DNA of 64,000 bases, taken from Octopus bimaculoides (taxonomy: Eukaryota). Below are positions 48,826 through 61,830 of the stretch, piece after piece (the first letter of the stretch is position 1; every line of letters begins with the position of its first letter). The position numbers and the translations under genes are program-made. The stretch is taken from the NCBI RefSeq assembly GCF_001194135.2, contig NC_068995.1:13838333-13902332 (forward strand), in the 5' to 3' direction. A model generated the notes under the pieces. It was not told the origin of the DNA. It made no database searches and was given only the letters and a program-made list of their open reading frames with translations.

Positions 48826-50444
48826 TCTAAATAGGTCTGTAATCGAGCTGCCTCCACACATTTCAACCATTATCATTGGTGTACCCTGTATCAGTGCTAT
48901 TTCCACATATTCATCTATACGTATCAGTTGGTTGGCTTTGAGCTTGAACCTTTTATTTTCAATAGTCTACCTACCTACCTACTTATACTAATGCTACAGT
49001 ACTACAGTTATAACCTAGCAGTAAACAGATTTTAAGTTCACACGTGTGTGTGCGTGTGTGTGTGTGCGTGCGTGCGTGCATGTGCGTGCGAGAGTGCGTG
49101 CGTGCGTGCGTGTGTGTGTGTATGCAGGTGTGATTGCATGGTTATGAAATTTACTTCCTAACCATGTGGTCTTGGCTTCACATACAAGTGTTGTTCAGTT
49201 CCAGTCATCCATGGCGGGTAAAGTTTCCCTGCTTGGAAATAGGTGAGCATTGACAACAGGAAGGGTATCTAGTTGCAGAAAATTTGTCTCTACAAATTCT
49301 GTCTTCTTAGCTGTGCAAGCATGGAAAAGAGGACGTTCAATGATGATGATGATGATGATGATGATCGTGTGTGTATGTGCATACGTACATGTATGTATTT
49401 TAGTAAGAATCTCTGGGTGAACAAAGTGATTCATCACCTTCAAATGAGTAGCTGGTTTCATGTTTCTTATTTCAAATCTTATTAGAAAAAAACTTTGGTT
49501 TTTATATGCGCAGGGTCAGTAAAATATGTATTTGTTGTTCAGCTCTGGGTCAAACCAGCTTAAGCCAGTCCATGATGAAAGGAATTACAGATTTGGCAAG
49601 CTAATCTCCCTTTTTTTCCCTTATTTAGTGCACTCCAGACTACATATTCATGGCTGTGTGGTTAAGAAGTTTGCCTCTTCCCAACCATAAAGCTTCAGGT
49701 TCAATCACACTGTCTGGCACCCTCATATTAAGGAAGCATTGCAGTCCTGGAAACTTTGCCGTAACATGGAACTGCATAACCTGAAATGTATTTCCTCAAT
49801 GATGTCCGTGTTCATTGACTGTGACATGAAGGTTGAGGTGAAAATAACTTTTGTGTTATGGAATTTCACATCACAGCAAAATTTAACCAGAATCCAAGGC
49901 TTCTGTAATGCAAGAAATATTTGTACTTATCAATCCTGGGAGGGTGACAGCAACATTGATCTCGGCAGGATTTGAGCTTGGGATGTAAAGGAATGCTGCT
50001 CCAGTACTGGGAAGCGTTTTGTCTGTTGCACTATCGATTCTGCTAATAACTTACCTTCGGAACATTTTGTCTGTTTTTCTACTGATACTGGCTATCACCT
50101 GCCTTTTATACAAATATTTCATTGTATGTGTTACAGTGCTACTGTTTAGTGGTTAAATATGTTTCTTGTAGTCCAGTAACTTCTTTTTTTAAAGAATTTT
50201 GCTAAATATGAAAACAGCTGCTATGATTTGAGTGTCAGCTTTCATGTATAGCTTGGAATATATTTACAATCTGAATATCTTTTATTATTATTATCACATG
50301 TAGGACAGATCCGGCTATTGGCTGAATCCATTGTGAAGATTATCCTGCTTCCTTCCTATTTGGTTGGGAAGGTCAGGCAGTGTTTGTCTGGTAATCTTAG
50401 CAAAAGAGGTTGTGTGGTGGACCAGATTGAAAAGGCTGAAGACT

Positions 50445-51090
50445 GATGGCGTTTCTGAGTTGAAATTTCACTGAGGCTGACCGAGCTTTTCATCCTTTTA
50501 GCATTGATAAAAATAAGTTCCAGTCAAGTACTCAGTTCAATGTAATTAACTTCTCCCTCCCCTCAAAAACTGCTGGCTCTGTGCAAAAGTTTGAAACCAT
50601 CATTATCACTATTAAGGTGGCGAGCTGGCAGAATCATTAGCACATTGGACGAAATGCTCAGCGGTATTTTGCCCGTTGCTACGTTGTGAGTTCAAATTCC
50701 ACCGAGGTCGACTTTGCCTTTCATCCTTTCAGGGTAGATGAAATAAGTACCAGTTGTGTACTGAGGTTGATAACATCGACCACTCCACTGAAATTTCAGG
50801 CCTTTGTGCCTAAAGGATTATTATATATTAAGGTGGTGATGATGATGATGATGATGAAGGTGGTGAGCTGGTAGAACTGTTGCTGCAAAAAATGCTTAGT
50901 GGCATTTCAGCTATCTTAACATCCTGAGTTCAAATTCTGCCGAGGTCAACTTTACCTTTCATCTTTTCAGGGTCGATAAAATAGTACCATTTGTGTACTG
51001 GGGTCAATGTAATTGACTATCCCCCCCAAAAAAATTTCAGGCCTTGTGTTTATAGTAGAAAGGATTATTATTATTATTATTATTATTATT
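50445..51090 (+). mobile_element. Head-to-tail array of three SINE family B copies
   Basis: Heads at ~50614 and ~50857; (ATT)n tail to 51090. Confidence 0.85.
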
Positions 51091-52564
51091 ATACATGTAA
51101 ATAAAACTGGTCAAAATAATGCTGAATTTGTTAATAAAATATGAAACAAAATACACAAGTGTCACTTTTAAAACAATGATTACATTTGTTAGCCAGCTGC
51201 TTTTTATTTATTTATTTATTATTATTATTTTTTTTTTTTTTGCATAATCACTTAAGTCTTACTTTTCAAATTCTGCTTATTTTGTGAGATTTAGACATAG
51301 TTTTAATTTTCGTTAGTGCAGGAACATTCCTCCTCAAACAAGATCACAGTCGATACTGATATATGTCAAGCAACTAAGATTTATCGGCGGTGATTGCCAC
51401 TTTCTGGCATTGTCTTGTATCATTGGTTTAGATAGTTGGTGGTTAACTCTCTGTGCCCGAGAAAGGCCATGAAGCTCTCAAGTGACACCTCTGTCATTGT
51501 TGTGCAATTATAATTTACTTTTACAGCCATTTAGTTTTTCCATGTGTGTGTGTGTGTGCATGTAGTCTAGACATCATGTGATAGTTGTAAATGAGTGCCA
51601 TTGTTATACAAGTGAGGTTGTTTGTTTCCAGTCTTCTGTGAGAAATGGTCTAATTATGAGGAAGATACATACATATATATATATATGATGCTGGAATTAT
51701 GTAACTGGCACCTTTGCTGGTGACACATAAAGAGCACCCACTACACTCTTGGAGTAGTTGGTGTTAGGAAGGACATCCAATTGTAGAAACCATGCCAAAT
51801 TAGATTGGAACCTAGTTCAGCTTACCAGTTTTCAGTCAAACCATCCAACCTATGCCAGCATGGAAAACGGATGTTAAATGATGATGTATGGGTGTGTGAT
51901 GACAAGCTTGTTTTGTAAATCCACTCACAAACCCTTGGTCAAATCTGAGGTTGTAGTAGAAGACAACTAATTACCCAAGGTTTCAAAAATACTATGTATG
52001 TGTGCATGTATGTGTTAGTGTATCTTGATGAAAAGCATACATGTTAGTATGAAAACTAATAAATTATAAAATAGAGTGGAACTGACATTGACTACAGCAT
52101 GTGGTGGTAGCATTAGTGCATTATCTTGCTGAGCTGGTTTCAATTCCTCTTGTAGTAAAAGCTATTTGCAATAATTCAGTCTCATTTTCTCTTCCAGAGT
52201 AAGATCTGTGTCTCATCTACTTACGGCTCTAGAAATCCTTGTAACCTTTTAATAAAGAACAGAACAAAACAAAAAAAAAAAAAAACGTCGGGGTGGAAAC
52301 AAGCGTTATGAGAAAATATAAAACAAAATGTCAAGTGCCAAGTTAAGTGCATTACAATATAGAATATTGTCCCTTTATGTTCTAAGTTCAAATCCTTCCA
52401 GTTTCAATATAATAAAATGCCAGTCAGTGGTATAGTGGACTCAAGAGGTTACGAAGGTGATTAAAATGTTCTTATATACTCACTTGATATTATTTTCTCA
52501 TATGTCATTTTGTAATGGAAGCTACACTTTAGTTTGTTAAGGAAATGTATGTGTGTGTTCTTGA

Positions 52565-52805
52565 AATATTGTTTCATTCAGTGGACTGTGGCCATGCTGG
52601 GGCACATCTTTGAAGGGTTTTAGTTGAAAAAATTGATTCCAGTACTTATGTTTTTTTCTTTTTTTTTTTAAATCTGGTCCTTCCTCAACCTCATGGTTCT
52701 GCTTTCAGTCTTACTGTGTGATACCAAGGGCAAATATCTTCTGTTATAGCCTCTTGCTAACCAAAGCCTTGAGTGGTTTTGGTAGATGGAAACTGAAAGA
52801 AGCCC

Positions 52806-52856
<51 letters not shown>

Positions 52857-53280
52857 TTATTGTGTGTGTGTGTGTGCATGTATGTGTCTTTGTGCCTGTG
52901 TTTGTCTCCCTCACCTACTCAACAACCAGTGTTGGTGAGTTTACGTCCCTGTAACTTAGTTTGGCAAAAATGACTGATAGAATAAGTATCAGGTTTTATA
53001 AAAAAAGAAAAAAATAAGTACTTAGGTTGATATTTGTTCAACTAAAATTCAAGTTGGTGCCCCAGCATGGTCACTGTCTAATGACTGGAACATGTAAAAG
53101 AAATAAAAAGTAAAAAATATGACTGGCTTCCATGCAATTTCTGTCTACCGAGTTCACTCACAGGTCATTAGTTTGCCTAGTGCTATAGAAGACACCTTTC
53201 CCAAGGTGGCACATAGTGGGACTGAACCTGAAACCACGTTGTTGATAAACCAGCTTCTTAACCACTCAGCCTTATTTGAG
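52565..53280. mobile_element. Cluster of SINE family A pieces in alternating orientation (-,+,-)
   Basis: 3' part minus at 52565-52680, plus copy with long (TG)n at ~52730-53100, head part minus at ~53120-53270. Confidence 0.7.
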
Positions 53281-53639
53281 AAGCAAAAGAAAACAAACTT
53301 CTGAAATAATTATTTTAATACTATAATATTGTAATATGGGAATTTGTGTCTATTTCTAGAACAGGGAAGAAAACAAAAGTAGAGCTTTCAGTTTTTAACC
53401 ATCTCGTAATGTTTTTTGCTCACCACCCCCTGCCATGTATTTTTCTCCATGGGGGGTATGGGTTAAATGAGAATTTGAAGCAATGTTCTGTGGTTAGGTA
53501 CTTTTCCTGTCATCAACCTTTACCTGTTTTACTGGTTAGGCATTTTCTGTTCCAATAGTTGGTCATCTGTTGCTCAGTGTCAAGCAAAAATATGCTGAAA
53601 GTAAACAGGTGTGAGCATACACACATACGCACACAATCA

Positions 53640-54135
53640 CTCATATGCACTCACTCACTAACACACACTCACTCACTAACACACACTCACTCACTAACAC
53701 ACACTCACTCACTAACACACACACACTCACTCACTAACACACACTCACTCACTAACACACACTCACTCNNNNNNNNNNNNNNNNNNNNNNNNNNNNNNNN
53801 NNNNNNNNNNNNNNNNNNNNNNNNNNNNNNNNNNNNNNNNNNNNNNNNNNNNNNNNNNNNNNNNNNNNNNNNNNNNNNNNNNNNNNNNNNNNNNNNNNNN
53901 NNNNNNNNNNNNNNNNNNNNNNNNNNNNNNNNNNNNNNNNNNNNNNNNNNNNNNNNNNNNNNNNNNNNNNNNNNNNNNNNNNNNNNNNNNNNNNNACACA
54001 CACACACGTTCACTCACTAACACACACACACGTTCACTCACTAACACACACACACGTTCACTCACTAACACACACACACGCTCACTCACTAACACACACA
54101 CACGTTCACTCACTAACACACACACACGCTCACTC
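53640..54135 (+). repeat. 16-20 bp minisatellite (cactcactaacacaca-based) spanning a gap
   Basis: Tandem ctcactcactaacacaca units left of the gap; longer variants with cgtt/cgct right of it. Confidence 0.9.
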
Positions 54136-56624
54136 AGATATACACGCATGTGTGCACATGCACGCATGTTCCCATGCACACACACTCACACACACCTGAT
54201 GGGTTTCTGAATAGTTTCTGTCAACTAATTGCATGCACAGGCCATCGATCAGTGTGAGAGTATTGGTGAGCTGCAGACCAACTGTTACTGATCACTGTAC
54301 AATATTGGGCTACCACAAGTTTGAATGTTTTGAGTTCAGATATACTGCTACTGTTTCATTATGTATTTAGGTTGCAGAGCTATGTGTATATTTCTCTATT
54401 CTTCCTACTAGTCTTTGGGGGCCCTTAAAAAAAATAAAGGATTATGGGAGATGCCCTTCCCTTCTAAATGGTAAAAAAAAATAACATTTGGGGTTGATTG
54501 TGATAGAATAACATTCTTCCCCCTTCTGTATAAGGTGTCACTAGTTCACAGGGAAATCAGTCTCGAATGTGGCATAATGGTTAACCAGCAGTTATTATGT
54601 TTGACTAAATTTTTGTTCACCTTAGCCAGCTGTTATTTGAGTAATTAGTGAAAAGTAGAGGATTTATGTAATTATTTGTGAGAGTAATACCTGTAACTCT
54701 AATATTAAGACTGTTAATTACTAAATGAGTAATATAATTGATGAAGCTTTTATATATGTATGTTAATGATGTCATTATCCTTCCTCTCCAACTTTTGGAG
54801 AACAATTGGATTGATCTATTAGTCTATCACATTAAAGTGCTTGTAGGCTGAAAGGATTGACCTCTCCAAAGAATATGTATATTTTTCTGTGTCTGTTCAA
54901 ATTCTAATGTTGTAATTTAGAGTACTAGAATTATTATTATTATTACTTATTTTATCTTACAAAATTGGTTCTGTCATCTTCATACCTTGTACAAGAAATG
55001 TTTGATTACAGTGGAGCACCTGCTTTTCTATTTCTTATAGAAGAGACAGGTTCTGCTGGTGAGGAAATCCATGGTGGTCTCTGCATTTTCTGATGCTGAT
55101 GCACCTGCAGAAATAACTGAACCACTGCAACAGTGATGATGCTTATGAAAACAAGGCTAAAGTGGCATGAGCATCTTTCATGTAATAGCCTGTCTCCTTA
55201 GCTGAGGTGCAAGCACGGGTCAAGTGTAAACCAAGGTAGACCATTTAGCATCGTCAGTCTTATGTTTTGAGTTCAAATCCTGCTGAGATCACCTTTGCCT
55301 TTCATCCTTTTGGGGTTGATCAAATAAATGCCAATTGAACACTGGGGTCAATGTACTGTATTTTAATGTATATAAGAAACCCTTTTTTGTCAAAACTTAG
55401 GTTAAACTATGGGAGTTTCTTGTGCATGGATAGTATTCCCTTACAAAACCATTTTCCAAATTTTAAGCCCAAAATGTTAAGGGGTTCCTTATACATGTTA
55501 AAATATGGTAAACTTCCCCCAAATTTCAGGCCTTGTGCTTATAGGAGGATGACTATTAAGGCTGTGAGCTGGCAGTATTGTTAGCATGCTGGACAAAATA
55601 TTTAGTAGCATATCGTCCATCATATAATCTGTTTTACGGATGAGAGAAAGAAAGAAAGAAAAAACTCCTGTTGTTAACAGAGGTAGTAATTCTTGGAACT
55701 TTTACCATCTTGTCTTTTCTTGAAAAACAGGTAATGGTTAGCAATAGTAAGGGCATCAGATTGTAAAAAACAGATAATGCCTCAATAATGTCTACCTCCA
55801 ATATATGTTAGGATAATAAAAATGGATATTGAGCAAACAAAATTAATATGCTCTCATTACTATGTTTTCGCAGTAACTGCCACTTCTGTTTAATTAGGTT
55901 ACCTAGGAAACAAAAGCTGTCAACTACTGCAAGCAAGCCTTCTGGGTGGTTTTACTTTTTTTTTTTTTTTTTTTTAACCATATTTATCATGGAATATGCT
56001 GCCTTTGTGAAGGCTTGTGGCTTAGTGGTTAGGAGTCAGGTTGTGAGTTTGATTCCATGTGGCATGTTGTGTCGTTTGTGTCCTTGAGCAAGATACATAT
56101 TTCATGTTGCTTCCAGTTTACTCCAAGTACAACTTGAAATATAAGTTGTATTTGTATTTCCAAGGGTCAGCCTTGTCACATTCTGTGTTGTGCTGAATCT
56201 CCTTGAGAACGACATTGGGGGTATGCATGTACGTGGAGTGCTTTGCCATTTGCATGTTAATTTCATAAGCAGACTGTTCCGTTGATCAAAACTGCCACTG
56301 TTCTTTGTTTCAATTAATTTGTCAGTTATTAAGCTGGTGTTTGGAACATAAATTAACATAAAGTGATCTAAATTGAATCCTATCAAACTTTTAAAATGGG
56401 AAGTTTCTATCATAGAACCAAGGGTGTTTTCAGGTGGATTAAAGATTCCGTTTTATGAATGGTGCTTTTATTTGCCAATTACTGTTAACAAAAAATTCTG
56501 GTGATTTAAAAAATTGTTGTATATTAAGTTCCTCTGTTGTTCTGAGATTCTTTTAAGAGAATGACTTGGGGAAGGTGGCAGGGAAACATGCAAGAATTCT
56601 TCTTATATCTTATATCGTTTGCTT

Positions 56625-56990
56625 GTTTGTCATTCGACTGTGGCTATGCTGGGGCACTGCCTTAAAGAGTCTTTAGTTGAATTAACCCCTGTACTTTTTT
56701 GTTAAGCCTAGTACTTATTTTGTCGGGTTATTTTGGTGAACCACTAAGTTATCGGGATATAAACAAACCAACACCATTTGTCAAGTGATGATGGGGGAAC
56801 TGCACGCACGCGCGTACACACATACATACAGTGGGCTTATTTTCTGTTTCTGTCTACTAAATCCACTTGCAAGTCTTTAGTTGGCCTGAGGTTATAATTG
56901 AAGACACTTGCCCAAAGTGCCACACTGTGGGACTGAACCTGGCACTGTGTTCTTGGGAAGCTAACTTCTGACTACGCAGTCACATCTCTG
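56625..56990 (-). mobile_element. SINE family A copy
   Basis: cattcgactgtggctatgctggggcactgcc...gaagacacttgcccaaagtgcc...gggactgaacc. Confidence 0.75.
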
Positions 56991-57107
56991 CCTTTGAAAA
57001 CTTTGTGAAGCGACACTAGAATATTTGATGTAGTAAGCCCCTAGAAACTGAAATTGAAATTGCAATCATATTGATGAGAAAAATCATTTTATGACGAATT
57101 CTGATAA

Positions 57108-57145
<38 letters not shown>

Positions 57146-60100
57146 AAGCAAGGGAGACAACCTTGAAATGTTAATTAACATTTAATATAAAACACTTCTT
57201 TCTGAAATGAGTCTAATCTTAAACAGTATGGGAACAATCCCAGACATATTCTGATCTTCTTTGCTTTCCTCAACCAAATATAGTGTAGGTATTAAAATGT
57301 ATTCTTTAACTTTGTTTGGTGTTTTATGTTTTAAACTGTTTTACACTCATTTATCTATGTTGATATGGATGGGATTGTTTTATAGACATTTAAAACTTTG
57401 TATACCCTGAGCAAGAAATGTTTCTAAGGTGGATGTTTTTTGTCAGTGCTATTGTATTTTCCAACTTACCTTCTTAAAAAGAAAAAAAAGAGTTATGTAC
57501 CTTGGCAAGGGATGTGTCGTGCTGGTTTTGAAACTAGCACTTAACACTACTGAAGTTTATTCTGGCAGAAACTAATGGAGATTTTATGCAATTGTTTGTT
57601 GACCTGCCAGAAATAGTAAGATCTTCCTCCAAATCATATTCTATTATTTTTGAAGGGGGAAAAACTTGCTGTATAATGTAGTCGTCAATGATTAGAACCT
57701 TTGATCATATAGGTCTGCTTGAGCTGGGCTCATGAAGGAGCCCACCACCATCATCATCATCATCATCATCATCTGATGGTTTTAACTAAGATTTGAATTC
57801 CTGTTCTTGTTAGTAAGTAGCCCAGCACATATTTTGCCTCAGCTTAAGTGAAAGCGTGGTTGACCTTGCAACCCTTTCTAGCTGAGCATCCCTAATCTTG
57901 CGGATTTATTAGTGCTGGTACCACGTGAAAAGTACCCATACCAGTGCCGCATAAAAGCTCCCAGTACACTCTATTAAGTGGTTGGTATTAGGAAGGGCAT
58001 CCAGTCGTAGAAACCATGTCAAAACAGACACGGCGCCTGAACAGCCCTTCAGCTGGTCAAATCGTCCTGTCCATGCCAGCATGAAAAATGGATGTTAAAT
58101 GATGATGATATATGAGGATGATATTGATGATGATGGTGGTGATGATGAAGCTGTAACTTCTTAAATTGAAAAGCTCGGCATTGTTAAATATTCTTAAAGA
58201 ATTACCTTTGTGATAATGTAATTTCGTTAATAAAATAATTTGATCTCAGTTACTGCTTCTAGTGCCTCATTGTTATATATTTCTATCAGAAGAAAAGAAG
58301 AAAAAAAAAAAAAGAAAAGCCATTTTGTGTAATTAACACAATAGTTATTATTGATTAGATTGAGTTTAGCTTGAAGCTCTCCACATCAAGAATGAAAATA
58401 AATGTTAGCAGATCTGTCTTAAAAACAACAGTTTGCAGAGTATAAAGAGAAGTTGCTTGTTTTTATTGTCTTAAAATAATAAGCAGCGTAGCTGCAGTTG
58501 TGGTTAACCAGATTAAGGTATGGCTGTGTGGTTAAGAAACTTGCTTTGTAACCATGTGGTTTTGGGTTCAGTCCCACTATGCAGCCTCTTGGGCAACTGT
58601 CTTTTATTATATGCCTGGGTCACTCGATGTCTTGCTAGTGAATTTGATAGAAAAAAACCGTGTTGAAGCCCCAGTGTGTGTGTGTGTTTGTGTGTGTGTG
58701 TGTNNNNNNNNNNNNNNNNNNNNNNNNNNNNNNNNNNNNNNNNNNNNNNNNNNNNNNNNNNNNNNNNNNNNNNNNNNNNNNNNNNNNNNNNNNNNNNNNN
58801 NNNNNNNNNNNNNNNNNNNNNNNNNNNNNNNNNNNNNNNNNNNNNNNNNNNNNNNNNNNNNNNNNNNNNNNNNNNNNNNNNNNNNNNNNNNNNNNNNNNN
58901 NNNNNNNNNNNNNNNNNNNNNNNNNNNNNNNNNNNNNNNNNNNNNNNNNNNNNNNNNNNNNNNNNNNNNNNNNNNNNNNNNNNNNNNNNNNNNNNNNNNN
59001 NNNNNNNNNNNNNNNNNNNNNNNNNNNNNNNNNNNNNNNNNNNNNNNNNNNNNNNNNNNNNNNNNNNNNNNNNNNNNNNNNNNNNNNNNNNNNNNNNNNN
59101 NNNNNNNNNNNNNNNNNNNNNNNNNNNNNNNNNNNNNNNNNNNNNNNNNNNNNNNNNNNNNNNNNNNNNNNNNNNNNNNNNNNNNNNNNNNNNNNNNNNN
59201 NNNNNNNNNNNNNNNNNNNNNNNNNNNNNNNNNNNNNNNNNNNNNNNNNNNNNNNNNNNNNNNNNNNNNNNNNNNNNNNNNNNNNNNNNNNNNNNNNNNN
59301 NNNNNNNNNNNNNNNNNNNNNNNNNNNNNNNNNNNNNNNNNNNNNNNNNNNNNNNNNNNNNNNNNNNNNNNNNNNNNNNNNNNNNNNNNNNNNNNNNNNN
59401 NNNGCGTGTGTATTTGTAAAACACGCATTCACACAATTTTCATTCATTTATTTGAAATTGAGGTTTCACTTGTATTGATTGCATTTACTCTCTGGCTTCT
59501 CTTAACACTCACCCACGCATTTGTATATGTGAATTCCAAGACATTTAACTTCTCAATGCAGTATTGAAATTTTTTTTTCTAATTTAAAGATTAAAATGTC
59601 ATTCTTTCAATTCCATTGATTTTTTTTTTTTTTTAAATATTTACATTTCAAATATATCCAATCTCTAGATAATGTCAAACGAATTTGTGGTTACAGTAAA
59701 ATTTAAATATTTATCTTACACGTGGATGAATATTTATACTTCGTTTTTTTTTGTTTTTTTTTAATTATATATATTTTTTGTCTTTATTGTTTTACATTAA
59801 TATTCCTTTTATTCTTACTTTTACGGGCAGGATAGTTTATTTACTATTTTATTATATTTTTTGCAGTAAATGTTTTTAGACTTAAGCCATGGAGTAGGAG
59901 TAAGGCTTGTATTTTTTTTGTCATATTTTGTTGGGGGCGGGGGACTGTCCAGCATGTATTTGTACATTGGCACAATGCAAATTTGGACTTGTAACCTGTG
60001 GTCAGCTATTTTACCTTCATAGCTTTTGGGGCAGGATAGTATTGGTCTCTTATGTTTGTTAATTGTTGTCATCATCATTATTTAACATCTGTGTTTCATT

Positions 60101-60715
60101 GCTAGCATAGATCCAACACTTTAACAGGGTCCACTAGGTCAAAGGACTGTATTATGCTCCAGTGTCGGCTTTGGCATGGTTTTTATGAGTGGTTTCCCTT
60201 TCAACCAACCACTTTACAGTGTGTGCTGCATGCTTTTTTTCATGCCACCAGCACTAGTGAGACCATCATACAGTTTACAAGGCTATGACCCCCAAGGGGC
60301 AACTTTATGCTTGGATATGAAGGACAAAAGATGGCTAAAAGTATGAGGGAAGGGGGCCTGAGCAGAACAAGTTTCTTGCTGTAATTTTAGAAGTGAGGGT
60401 AGGAAGTGTTCAAGTGGAATCTAGAAAAAGTTACAAAGTTCAGCATCAATCATGATCAATAATATTTCTGCCTTATCTGTCCCATCTTTTCTTCAAGCAC
60501 AGTCTGTCTAAGATTACATTATTCATTGTCTCAATCTTAAAAAAAAAAAATCTTTGGTCATAGGTCTGACCATGGCTGGCCTGGGGCTAAACAGTAGCAT
60601 CAACAATGATCCTTAGGTTCAGATTCACTGCCTGTGTATTTTATTCTCTTTCTTTAACTTTTCGACTGACACTCTTGATTTGCTGGCTACTCCACCTTTG
60701 ATGCACTAACACACA

Positions 60716-60747
<32 letters not shown>

Positions 60748-60783
60748 TTCTCTCTTTCTCTCTTTCTCTCTCTNNNNNNNNNN

Positions 60784-60861
<78 letters not shown>

Positions 60862-61039
60862 TCACATTCAATACTGAATCACTTTTACCTATCAAATTCT
60901 TGAGTGGCATCTTATTTATTCCTCCTTTACATTCCACTACTTTAGTGCAGTTAAGGTGTTCCAAATAACGATAGAAATCGGTCATATGGCTTCATTCACC
61001 AATTCTTTACTGCCACATCACACATTTTGGAGGCTGGTG

Positions 61040-61830
61040 TCGTCATTGTCATCGTCATTTTTGCATCCATTTCGTCATGCTTGCATGGGTTGGACAGGTC
61101 TGCTGCACCACAGTCACTTGTTGGTGTCTCCTTTCCTAAATTATCTTCCTGAGATTCACATTCACTACTGTCCCCCCTACCCCTGGGGCATGTATTTCTT
61201 GTTCCTTCCCTTCTGCAGGTTCCTTTTCTTTCCAGTTTAATTGCTTTGCTCTTCTTTGCCCAACTCCCTCCATTCATGTGCAAGACATGTCGACACCAGT
61301 GCATTCTTCTTTCTTTTTATCTTCCGTTTTATCTATCAACTATTGTGCTCTGTTCACACACACTAATATTACACATCCAGTGGATCATACTTGCTTCATT
61401 TCTTTCCTGTATTCACACATCCTTCATGCCTGCTGCTTCATTATACTTCATACATAAGCATCATGCAATCTGCCCTTCATACATTGGGAGGTGTCCCTTT
61501 GTTGCTAATAGAGGCAATAACTCCCTGAATTTTTTCCTGCTCCATTCTTATGCTGGTTACTGTGTTTTAGAACACACAGCTCCACTATTAAGGTCACATT
61601 GATAACATAAGCTATCAGCTTCTTCTAAGAAGCCTTTGGAGCACTTGAAAGAATTTATTTCCTGAGTACTCTTCTTGATAATTATCACTAATGTATAGCA
61701 TCTGCTGCATATGAAGTACTTCTCTTTCTACCTACCTATGATCCACTACATCTCTTGTGTACCCATAGCCTGCCTAAGGTACACTTTATGGAATTCTTAC
61801 CTACTCCTTTTACACTTATCAATCATGGCC
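61040..61830 (-). mobile_element. Frameshifted, 5'-truncated RTE-clade LINE remnant (post-RT region and 3'UTR with (GAT)-type tail)
   Basis: Minus-strand peptide islands in shifting frames: LWVHKRCSG (~61750-61777), KKFRELLPLLATKG (~61494-61535), KGRLHDAYV, ERNEASMIHWMCNISV, RRMHWCRHVLHMN (~61272-61310, RTE RRLRW.GHV.RM motif). Ends in ccaacccatgcaagcatg...aaatgacgatgacaatg. Confidence 0.82.

Noticed and set aside
48244-48834. Poly-Asp/Gly ORF (minus) and poly-Pro/His ORF (plus)
   Set aside because: Both are translations of one degenerate trinucleotide tract; no domain and no credible splice sites.
53640-54135. Regular repeats resembling a CRISPR array
   Set aside because: No unique spacers and no cas genes; it is a CA-derived minisatellite.
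55030-55200. AG-flanked candidate for a downstream SLMAP exon (AYENKAK resembles YETTAK)
   Set aside because: Stops in every frame and no good donor; one frame reads RLKWHEH, more like decayed RTE sequence.
59825-60040. 12-bp direct repeat gggcaggatagt flanking 192 bp
   Set aside because: No tail or TIR inside; one such match is plausible by chance in 64 kb.
1924-60985. Long ORFs containing X runs or HT/VC/YI/ER dipeptide repeats
   Set aside because: Artefacts of N gaps and dinucleotide microsatellites.
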